Positions 37,999-45,684 of a DNA stretch of 64,000 nt are shown in pieces. Source of the DNA: a virus. Position numbers and translations under genes: made by a program. The notes below the pieces were generated by a model. It did no database searches, was not told the origin of the DNA, and saw only the letters and a list, made by a program, of their open reading frames with translations. Within the stretch, counting starts at the first letter, position 1, and every line of letters starts with the position of its first letter. The stretch spans positions 64,001 through 128,000 of the IMG/VR virus record IMGVR_UViG_3300047557_002769; one strand, written 5' to 3'.

Positions 37999-38130
37999 TC
38001 TCGGGTTTGCACCGAGATCACCGACTAAACGGCTTTCGCTAGTGATTCACTCATATTACTTGCAGGTCATATGAGGCTCTATGCGATGCTTAAAGACTGA
38101 TTAAAAGGGCCTGCATTAGTTACCAGTCTC
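37996..38130 (-). ncRNA. ~135-nt structured RNA ending in hairpin-CCA
   Basis: 3' TCTCGG-TGCAAAC-CCGAGA-CCA; internal hairpins GACTG/CAGTC, CTCATAT/ATATGAG, ATCACT/GGTGAT. Confidence 0.5.
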
Positions 38131-38135
38131 AAAAA

Positions 38136-38219
38136 CCATATTGAAACATACTGCACTAGTCAATTGAATACAGTTGACCAGTCTTCCTTATCAGTGAAGC
38201 GCAATACGTTTCAATATGG
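38136..38219 (-). repeat. CCA-anchored stem cassette C
   Basis: CCATATTGAAACGTATTGC...GCAGTATGTTTCAATATGG. Confidence 0.8.
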
Positions 38220-38293
38220 TGCCCCAGAGGAGACTCGAACTCCTAAAATTTGGCTTCTAAGACCAACACGTATACCAATTCCGTCACCAGGGC
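38217..38293 (-). tRNA. tRNA-Leu(TAG) with short variable loop
   Basis: CT-TAG-AA, Leu-type D arm, only 5-nt variable region, ACCA. Confidence 0.85.
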
Positions 38294-38332
38294 ATTATAA
38301 CAATTATATATTATCTTATTTTTAAAATCAAC

Positions 38333-38407
38333 TGGCGGTCCCAAGGAGTAACGATCTCCTTCTTCATGCGTGACAGGCATGCGTGCGTCCATGAACACTT
38401 TGAGACC
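38333..38407 (-). tRNA. tRNA-Asp(GTC)
   Basis: CT-GTC-AC; T-loop ATCGTTA; GCCA. Confidence 0.88.
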
Positions 38408-38414
38408 TTATGAA

Positions 38415-38645
38415 TTTGTTAAGCGCCAGCCACCACATACATCGGCTGCATTATCCGCAAATTATCCCGGGTGCGGTTATGATCGGATAAGCTCTTTTAC
38501 AGATAACTTATCTTCACCTAGGGTACGTCACAATAATAATCAGCAGGCGGGTGCCATGGTACGTCCTTGAACCGTCACCTTTTTACTATGCTAGATCTTG
38601 CAAAATCATCACACAGTGCCTTTTATTAGAGACACACTTAACAAA
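38415..38645 (-). ncRNA. ~230-nt stem-enclosed structured RNA
   Basis: TTTGTTAAGTGT/GCGCTTAACAAA closing stem; internal hairpins; between tRNA-Glu and tRNA-Asp. Confidence 0.5.
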
Positions 38646-38648
38646 ACT

Positions 38649-38723
38649 TGGTACTCCTGAAGGGTTTCGATCCCTCTTTTCCGCCTTGAAAGGGCAGCGT
38701 CCTAGCCAGTAGACGACAGGAGC
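38649..38723 (-). tRNA. tRNA-Glu(TTC)
   Basis: CT-TTC-AA; T-loop ATCGAAA; CCA. Confidence 0.88.
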
Positions 38724-38730
38724 ATTATTC

Positions 38731-38804
38731 TGGCATCCCGGGAGGGACTCGAACCCCCACAAACGGTTTTGGAGACCGCTATGCTGCCATTACACCACCG
38801 AGAT
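38731..38804 (-). tRNA. tRNA-Trp(CCA)
   Basis: CT-CCA-AA, GCCA. Confidence 0.9.
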
Positions 38805-38805
38805 A

Positions 38806-39117
38806 TTAATAACCGTTTGCGAATACGGTTTTTTGAGTAACTTCTTGAACAAAGGCACCGCATGTATACGTATCACCTTGTCTTGCGACGTTACGACCGT
38901 TCGCAAATACATTAGGGCTAAACGAGTTGATAGTTGTTGAATAAACAGGTGGGCAGTGCGTGTGTGGAGTATTCGTATCATCTTTACGATGTATTCCTAC
39001 CCCTGCAACAAACACATTCGTAGAACAACTTAAAGTTCTAATAAGCCCCGGAACAATACATACCGGGTGTCCCGTGTTAACAATATCAACCTCGTCGCCT
39101 CTTGCAATTAATGGCAT
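38806..39117 (-). CDS. PAAR-type spike tip protein (gp5.4-like)
   Basis: MPLIARGD..TGH..STNVF..G.GIHRKDD..H.H..SPNVFANG..VARQGD..CG..VFANG; AGGAGG SD before ATG 39117. Confidence 0.85.
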   Translation of the reverse strand: MPLIARGDEVDIVNTGHPVCIVPGLIRTLSCSTNVFVAGVGIHRKDDTNTPHTHCPPVYSTTINSFSPNVFANGRNVARQGDTYTCGAFVQEVTQKTVFANGY

Positions 39118-39149
39118 ATTATCCTCCTTTTTATATTTAGGATAATAAC

Positions 39150-39227
39150 TGGAGTATCGGGTCAGATTCGAACTGACGGTTTTACGGATTTGCAATCCGT
39201 TGCCTTTGACCGCTCGGCCACCGATAC
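39150..39227 (-). tRNA. tRNA-Cys(GCA)
   Basis: TT-GCA-AA, U73, CCA. Confidence 0.92.
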
Positions 39228-39231
39228 ACTA

Positions 39232-39354
39232 CCATATTGAAACACACTGCACTATCTAGATGCTTAAGTAGCTGTCACCGGCCGGTTTGTATCTACTATC
39301 TACACCCTACGCTCTCTTGGCCAAGAGAATGGCTTGCAATGTGCTTCAATATGG
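39232..39354 (-). repeat. CCA-anchored stem cassette D
   Basis: CCATATTGAAGCACATTGCA...TGCAGTGTGTTTCAATATGG. Confidence 0.8.
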
Positions 39355-39425
39355 TAGGGCTGGAGGGTAACGATCCCTCTTCTACGGATTAAAAGTCCGT
39401 TGCTTCACCTTAAAGCTTCAACCCC
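39352..39425 (-). tRNA. tRNA-Lys(TTT)
   Basis: CT-TTT-AA; T-loop ATCGTTA; ACCA. Confidence 0.88.
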
Positions 39426-39429
39426 AATA

Positions 39430-39503
39430 TGGTACCCACAACAGGTAACGATCCTGTGTCTCTCGGTTATCAGCCGAGTGCTCTACCTTTGAGCTATGCG
39501 GGT
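39430..39503 (-). tRNA. tRNA-Ile(GAT)
   Basis: CT-GAT-AA; T-loop ATCGTTA; ACCA; first tRNA of the array. Confidence 0.88.
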
Positions 39504-39525
39504 ACTTAAAGTACTGATATGTAAG

Positions 39526-39538
39526 TTTTTAAAGAACA
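39526..39538 (-). promoter_or_regulatory. boxA-like antitermination site
   Basis: TGTTCTTTAAAAA versus rrn boxA TGCTCTTTAACA, between promoter and first tRNA. Confidence 0.65.
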
Positions 39539-39550
39539 ATTGATAGAAGA

Positions 39551-39579
39551 ATTATAACTCATCTATCGTTATTGCGCAA
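39551..39579 (-). promoter_or_regulatory. Proximal tRNA-array promoter (P2)
   Basis: TTGCGC-17 nt-TATAAT. Confidence 0.6.
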
Positions 39580-39600
39580 CTGTTACGACGACTGTTACGC

Positions 39601-39671
39601 AATAAAAAACCCCTAGGGTTTTGAAGCCTAGGGGTACGTGTTTAGAACAGTTTACTCTTTACACGTACCCC
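39601..39671 (-). terminator. Transcription attenuator with mutually exclusive antiterminator and terminator
   Basis: GGGGTACGTGT(39671-61) pairs with ACACGTACCCC(39641-31); ACCCCTAGG(39635-27) pairs with CCTAGGGGT(39617-09) followed by a T-run. Confidence 0.85.
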
Positions 39672-39772
39672 GGTGGATTATCCCACTCTGAGGCCACACA
39701 AATGCCAAAGCGATAGCCGGGCATTTGACTGCCTGTCGATCTCTTTGTTAGTTGATGCATTTGTGTTAACAT
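39659..39772 (-). CDS. 37-aa leader peptide containing all 20 amino acids (not in ORF track)
   Basis: MLTQMHQLTKRSTGSQMPGYRFGICVASEWDNPPGYV*; last codons and stop overlap the antiterminator 5' arm; ATG 6 nt after the -10 box. Confidence 0.75.
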   Translation of the reverse strand: MLTQMHQLTKRSTGSQMPGYRFGICVASEWDNPPGYV

Positions 39773-39778
39773 ACGTGA

Positions 39779-39807
39779 ATTATAAGCTATTTCTTAACTT
39801 TGTGCAA
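39779..39807 (-). promoter_or_regulatory. Distal promoter (P1) driving the leader peptide and attenuator
   Basis: TTGCAC-17 nt-TATAAT, same class as the early-region promoters. Confidence 0.8.
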
Positions 39808-39856
39808 CTGTTACATTGCGTGTTTCGTACTAATATATAGGCTTGAAAGACTATTT

Positions 39857-40477
39857 TTAATCAGTTTTTATATTATATTCCCACATTTTTGTAAAATCAA
39901 CTGTAAGATCTTCGCTGTACGCCCATTGAGGTTTATCTTCTTCGTATTTCCAATTAATTACCGGTTCGCCTTTTTTAATGATCGTAATATTAGAGAACTT
40001 TCCGTTACTAGCAGGCGCGTTGATAATAGCGTTAGATATCTTATAAGGTCGATTGCTAATAAACGTCAGAGTGTCTTCAAGATATTTTTGACGAGTGGTG
40101 TCATGGAACATCAGATAACCACCCACCTTAAGTTTATCCCAATACTTCTCTGCAAATCCAAGACGACTCGTTCTAAGACCATCCACAAAGATCAGATCAA
40201 CTTCAGGTACCTTATAAGGGTCGCCGTACTTGAACAATTTTACTTTCTCACTAGTACCAAGAAAGTCAAGACGTTTCTTCGTTAGTGCAAGCCAGTCGTC
40301 GTCTTCCTCGACGCTGATAATAGGGTTAGGTGAGACCTGGCTGAAGATCAGAGTACTACCTCCAACTCCAAACTCAAGAATAGATGCAGACTTACTACCA
40401 TATTCGGCAAGCAAGTCTGCATCTTCCAGGCTCAGCTTACCTACCCATTTAATTCCAGGTAGGTACTTAAGCATCAA
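39857..40477 (-). CDS. Class I SAM-dependent methyltransferase
   Basis: ILEFGVGGST, ISVEED, DLIFVDG, LKVGG...HD. Confidence 0.8.
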   Translation of the reverse strand: MMLKYLPGIKWVGKLSLEDADLLAEYGSKSASILEFGVGGSTLIFSQVSPNPIISVEEDDDWLALTKKRLDFLGTSEKVKLFKYGDPYKVPEVDLIFVDGLRTSRLGFAEKYWDKLKVGGYLMFHDTTRQKYLEDTLTFISNRPYKISNAIINAPASNGKFSNITIIKKGEPVINWKYEEDKPQWAYSEDLTVDFTKMWEYNIKTD

Positions 40478-41451
40478 GCAGCCTCGGCGTACTCGACAGC
40501 CAGCTCCAGAGCCTTCTCTTTCTTAGCACGATTCAAACCGTACCAAGATGAGGTCAGACGGCTATCACGCGAACGACCCAGAGTATGATCGGTCATGTAC
40601 GTAACCGTGTTAAAGGCTTGCCACCAAGAACCTTCGGCAAACCGAGCACCAGGCTGGGTATGCAGAATAGCCATGGCTTCTTCAGCCTGACGAGAGATCG
40701 GCAGCTTGGCCAGATCAACCTTCTTAGCCTCATCCTTAGACAGAGACGGGAACACACGATTAAAATACTCAACCAGCGATTCACGCTTGTACTTCTTCTT
40801 ACCCAGGAATTCAGCCTGAGCCTTATAGTCATCAAGCTTATCCTTGGCGATACCCAGCATCGACTTCACCTGATCCCCGTCAAACTTCGAACGATGGTTC
40901 ACACGAACGCCATGCTTGGCCTCGGAATTGAGTGCCAGAGTCATGGTGTTGTTACAGACCACGCGAATCGGCGTAAAGCGAATATCAATCGAACGACCGA
41001 ACTCGTGGGGGTTAGAGAACAGAAGGAAGCCTTCGATCACATCACCACCAAACACCTCGAACGACTGCTTGATCTTAGCCAGAGCCCAGACCATTTTGCC
41101 ATCACGAAGAGAACCAGCGGTATCCATTTCCATGTCACCGGCCAGAACAAAGTCGTTGAAAAACTCAAACGCTTCCTGATTCTGAACAGGATTCCAGTTA
41201 TCGGTCACCACCGTCAGAACCTTATTATCGGTCGAACGAACCAGGGCACGAGCCTTAGTCAGAGAAGGACCAGAATCGGTATTAAAGTACAGTTCTTTCT
41301 TAACGACAGACCAGTCAAGATTTGCAGCCTTGAGCATCTGCTCCGGCGACACATCACTCGGCACTTTCTTACCCAGACCATGCCAGGGCGTTTCACCGGC
41401 GTAGGCCATCGAAGCAGTACCATCAGCAGCAATTTCAAGTTCATGAGACAT
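40474..41451 (-). CDS. DUF932 family protein
   Basis: PWHGLG, A.LDW.V, VQN.EAF.F, TAGSL..G, TPIRVVCNNT, W.AFN.VT...DH. Confidence 0.88.
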   Translation of the reverse strand: MSHELEIAADGTASMAYAGETPWHGLGKKVPSDVSPEQMLKAANLDWSVVKKELYFNTDSGPSLTKARALVRSTDNKVLTVVTDNWNPVQNQEAFEFFNDFVLAGDMEMDTAGSLRDGKMVWALAKIKQSFEVFGGDVIEGFLLFSNPHEFGRSIDIRFTPIRVVCNNTMTLALNSEAKHGVRVNHRSKFDGDQVKSMLGIAKDKLDDYKAQAEFLGKKKYKRESLVEYFNRVFPSLSKDEAKKVDLAKLPISRQAEEAMAILHTQPGARFAEGSWWQAFNTVTYMTDHTLGRSRDSRLTSSWYGLNRAKKEKALELAVEYAEAA

Positions 41452-41516
41452 TTTCAAGTTCCTTTTCAGTTAATGTACATCAATTATATAGCGGTCGCAT
41501 GATGAAATCAACTGTT

Positions 41517-42161
41517 TCAGTTAATGTTACGGGTCATCTTATCCAAATTTTCCCAAAAATCTGCATCTGTCGCGGAAATTTGCTGGTCCAGGAAGGATTC
41601 CGTATCAAAAAACTCATACCAACCCGTAGTTACGTACTTTTCCTGGGTGGGAGACGGGATTCCGCGGTGAATATGCGTAAAATGTGCGGGCCAAACCAGG
41701 GTCAACCCCTTTTCCGGCTTGATCCAGGTATTCTGATACAGAAATTCCGTTTCTCCACCGTCAGTTACGTCGTTCAGATAGGTCATGAAGGCCAGATGAC
41801 GGCGAAAGTACTGCGGATTCCCGTTATTTTCACAATGCCACACCGAATAATGCTTTCCAGGCTCGTATTTCTGAATATTATAGGGAAAAGACAAAGACCA
41901 GGAGGCAAGAGACTCGGTAGAATACTTATAAAGTGCTTTATACTGATTCACCACACCAGACAGAACCTGTTCATAATCGGTTATCAGATCCACATCCATA
42001 TCGGACGACGGGAGATAGGTATAGCCACGCGCTGAATGGGCTTGGAAATGATGGGCCCGTCTTGCCTCAAAGTCACTAACCATGCGATCGCAGATATCTT
42101 CATCGATGTACCAGCCACCGATGAAGTTCCATGCATCATTAATCTTGTGCTGCTTCATCAT
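41517..42161 (-). CDS. 2OG-Fe(II) oxygenase
   Basis: IQKY.PG..WHCE, MTYLNDV.DGGETEF, WPA.FTH.HRG, KY. Confidence 0.88.
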   Translation of the reverse strand: MMKQHKINDAWNFIGGWYIDEDICDRMVSDFEARRAHHFQAHSARGYTYLPSSDMDVDLITDYEQVLSGVVNQYKALYKYSTESLASWSLSFPYNIQKYEPGKHYSVWHCENNGNPQYFRRHLAFMTYLNDVTDGGETEFLYQNTWIKPEKGLTLVWPAHFTHIHRGIPSPTQEKYVTTGWYEFFDTESFLDQQISATDADFWENLDKMTRNIN

Positions 42162-42408
42162 TAAAAATATTAGAGTAGATTTTCAGCTTTTCTTGTTTGG
42201 CTTTGATACGGTTCCATATATCGGTATCAGAGTATTCAATAACCTCGAGATCATAAACTAAGTTAATCATGCACTGAAGATCGGCCAGCTCTTGTTTCAG
42301 CTGTTCCTCATTATTAGGCATGCCAAAGCGTTTAATCTTACAGATAGCCTGAATAACCTCGGCACACTCTTCGGCTAGAATAGTCAAAATTTCATCGGTT
42401 TTATTCAT
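42139..42408 (-). CDS. MazG-like nucleotide pyrophosphohydrolase
   Basis: LAEECAEVIQAICKI.RFG...ELADL. Confidence 0.7.
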   Translation of the reverse strand: MNKTDEILTILAEECAEVIQAICKIKRFGMPNNEEQLKQELADLQCMINLVYDLEVIEYSDTDIWNRIKAKQEKLKIYSNIFNDEAAQD

Positions 42409-44474
42409 CGAATCACAATATCGTTATACACATCATCAAGCGCTCCGTCATGATGACCATAGAGATCAAGATTCACATCAGTAGTAGGGAATAGCTGATC
42501 GAACAGTTCCTCACTTTTGGTAGTCTCGATGCTTACATTGACGCTCTTCCATTGACGAAGAACATGCAGTAGATCATTAATCATCTGTGTAGTATGCAGC
42601 GGATCCACATAGGACATAATTTCATATTTTTCACGATGATTAGACAAAAAGATGTTAACAGTAAGATCTTCGGTCTTACACGACAGATTTAGTGTTTCAT
42701 TACTCATGATATTCCTTAAAAGAAGAGAAGAACAATTGGGCTAACAATCATACTGATCACCGTAAAGAGAATGAACAGTAGAATACAAGAACCAACAAAT
42801 TGAAGCATGATATAGCCTTTGTTAGCGCGCGCAGAAAAATTCCGGGGGTTTAGCGCGCGGAAAAATTTTTAAAAAAGGGGGGACCGTTAACGCCTGTAAA
42901 CTAGTTGTATAGAGCAACTATACTTTTTTTCAGAAGTTGAGTGCCACAGTACTATAGTACCACTGTTATTATACTACAAAGCCGTTAATACGGCAACTCC
43001 TCGTCCCTATCCATAGTCTCAGCCACAGCCTCTACGAAAGACATGGGTACGTTAAGAAACCTTGCGGTCTCTGCATGCGACATGCCCTCTTCCAGGCACT
43101 CTTGAATATCCAGCATGAGTTCTGACATTTTCGACATATTCTTAGTCCGTATAAACAACCACCGTAGCACGACCGTCTTGGTAGCGCTCGACGTAGCCAC
43201 CGAAGCAAGGATCACCGTCTACTTCGACGAGAATCTCATTGTCGGTCTTCTTCTGATCGTTCTCATCGAGTTCGACCGTACAGGTATACTTAGCGTAGCC
43301 AATGCTTTTAGAAAGGATTTTCATATTAATACTTGAAGAAATCTACAACACGACCTTGTTCATTGACGATACGTGTGACCACATACGTCTCATCCAGTCT
43401 GCCTTTTGCCATCATACGAGCATCATCAAGATCCTCGAAATAAAGTACTTCGTCAGAAAGACCGGTCAGACCGTAGTATGTACCGTTCTTGTCTTGTAGT
43501 TCGATGTAGTATTCACTCATAGGAAGTCGTAAGAAGTTTCGTTACCAGACTTGACGAAGGACAGAGCCGCCGTCACATTATTCCACAGATGATTAAAGAC
43601 CTTGACAGCTTCTGCGCTATCGTTCGTGGTCAGGAACAGAGTACCGTTGGCAAAGTAAGCCGGAGTATCCGTCACCTCAGCCACCACATTCAGAACATGT
43701 TTCTCGAATCCCATATCGTTTCTCCTATCGATACGTGTATTATACTGGCTTTGGTCCTGAGTGCAACTGGTACCGGATCAGACCGTAGGGTCTTCCGTCA
43801 TCTCTGCAACAGCTTTCGCGATCCCAAGATCCCACATCGGCCGGGTGACTTCATGCCACTGGTCGATGAAAAGGACATCACGCTTGCCGTTGCTAATCCG
43901 AACAACCAGCGTACCGTTGCGGAAAGGGCGTTCAATTCGCGAAACCGTCATGTTACTTTCTCCTTACTCGTAGCTGTAGCAGGCGTACATGTTCAGATCG
44001 TGCTCGGCGCACAACCGATCCCAGTACATGTCATCGTACTGAGCCTCGACGACCTCGTCCTTGGCCTCGTCAGCCAGCATCTGAAGTTCGGCGTTGATGT
44101 CTTCGATCATAGCATCCTTCTCCATGGCAATCATCATGTCGTTCAGCAGGTTGCCAAACGCTGCATCGTACTCGGCGGTGGTGATTTCATTCATCATACG
44201 TCGTATTATAGTGCGTTTGGTCCTGAGTGCAACTAGTACCGGATCAAGCCGGCTGGACTTTGTTCAGGAATTCCGGTACACGGATCAGGTTCTCCGAGTA
44301 CTCGCGGGAGCCGGAGCCACGGCGAGCATGCACACCATAGGAATCCGGGCGAACCACGAACCACTTTTGATCGCCGTAGCCACTCTCCGTCCACAGCAGC
44401 GTACCCTGCCACTCGAACGAGATCTCTTTGACGTTGACGCGCGTACCGTTTTCCATCATGTTCTCCTTAACCAT
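42405..44474 (-). CDS. Run of small early hypothetical ORFs (e.g. 42405-42707, 42985-43137, 43142-43324, 43326-43520, 43517-43714, 43964-44197, 44244-44474)
   Basis: Co-oriented, tightly packed, several preceded by repeated promoters; no recognisable motifs. Confidence 0.5.
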
Positions 44475-44519
44475 GTACCAATTATAGGCCAGCGAGACCA
44501 GAAGTGCAACAGCGTAGCC

Positions 44520-44660
44520 CTAGTATCCTGACGGCTTGCTCAGGTTTATCTTCTCCTGGCGACGCTCGGCCTTACGGCTCTTCTGATGCTTACCCGCTTT
44601 GGGCTTGCATTTCAGAAGAGCGAGTACGACATGATTACGAGGTTTGGATTTCCTTTTCAT
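44520..44660 (-). CDS. Small basic protein (46 aa, not in ORF track)
   Basis: MKRKSKPRNHVVLALLKCKPKAGKHQKSRKAERRQEKINLSKPSGY. Confidence 0.45.
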   Translation of the reverse strand: MKRKSKPRNHVVLALLKCKPKAGKHQKSRKAERRQEKINLSKPSGY

Positions 44661-44733
44661 AATTGGGACCAAATAACATAGATCTTATATTGCCTGGCAC
44701 ATAAAATCCATATGTGGACGGATGAGAAAAGGC

Positions 44734-45609
44734 TTATGCGCCTTGAGTCAATACGTATTTAGCAAGCGACTTCCAATCACCACCGCGATTGGCGATCTTC
44801 GATACCTGAATCAGACTACGAAGAGACAGATTAGGTACTTTGCCGATCTGAGTCTTCAGGAATTCGAGAGCAATCGATTTGACTTTCTTGTCGATCTCCG
44901 GAAGGAAATCAGACGAGTCAGCAATCACTTCCATACGCTCAAGCTTCTGACCCTCAGTCATCGAGAGATCAACCACCATAGCACGAGTACGAATGGCTTG
45001 ATCGATCTTCTCCAGAGGCATATTGCTCACGAAGATAACACGACCGGTGAATTCGAATGACTTCGGCAGATCGTCATCACGCATATCAGCCATCCAAGAG
45101 ATATAGCGCTTGGAATAGCTATCCAGAGCACCCTTCAGGAGGTTTCGAGCAACATCGTCCTTCAGAATCGAATCGCAGTCATCGAATACAATCGTCATGC
45201 CATTGCATTCAAACAGAGTACGATACAGACCCTTAGCGGTCGAAAAGCCCTTGACCACGCGATAGGACTTAGACGTATTGATACGAGTACCGACTTCAAA
45301 GCCAGCCAGATCGGTGATATTCTTGAGACCAGCAGCCTCGAGAGACTTCATCACGGTATACGACTTGCCGAGACCACCCTCACCGGTAATCACAACAGAC
45401 GGCATCGTGCCATCGGCAATCATCGAGACCATTTGCTCGACAAAGCTAAAGCGCTGATTGATACCGAATTCGGAAACCGGAGCCGGGTTAGCCTTGAACG
45501 ACTCACCCATCTCGGCGACCTTACGCTTGACATAGTACTCGGACGTCGACTTCACGACAGCCTTGCCATTGACGTAACCCACGAACTTACCGTTTTCGAA
45601 CTTGATCAT
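44734..45609 (-). CDS. P-loop (AAA-like) ATPase
   Basis: ITGEGGLGKS Walker A, IVFDDCD Walker B, LLKGALDS, VIFVSN. Confidence 0.85.
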   Translation of the reverse strand: MIKFENGKFVGYVNGKAVVKSTSEYYVKRKVAEMGESFKANPAPVSEFGINQRFSFVEQMVSMIADGTMPSVVITGEGGLGKSYTVMKSLEAAGLKNITDLAGFEVGTRINTSKSYRVVKGFSTAKGLYRTLFECNGMTIVFDDCDSILKDDVARNLLKGALDSYSKRYISWMADMRDDDLPKSFEFTGRVIFVSNMPLEKIDQAIRTRAMVVDLSMTEGQKLERMEVIADSSDFLPEIDKKVKSIALEFLKTQIGKVPNLSLRSLIQVSKIANRGGDWKSLAKYVLTQGA

Positions 45610-45684
45610 TTTGTGTTCCTTCAATCGATGTATCGATTATAGGACCTTTCGGTCCCGAGTGCAACCAGTACCGTTATGCCTTGC

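Noticed and set aside
38136-38219. Hammerhead ribozyme (CTGATAAG...GAA)
   Set aside because: Core does not match CUGANGA/GAAA and the three-stem junction cannot be built.
36545-38570. ORF-track entries overlapping the tRNA array
   Set aside because: They are translations of tRNA or ncRNA sequence with no SD or protein motifs.
34188-39503. Stop-codon reassignment or suppressor tRNA
   Set aside because: No CTA, TCA or TTA anticodon was found, and core genes are intact under the standard code.
40585-41502. Long plus-strand ORFs in the GC-richer region (also 43589-44236, 46297-46893)
   Set aside because: Antisense shadows of well-supported minus-strand genes.
44681-44729. dif/Xer recombination site
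   Set aside because: CATAA...TATGT resembles dif, but the spacing is off by one, the XerD arm TTATGTTAAAT is absent and the second copy lacks the symmetry.
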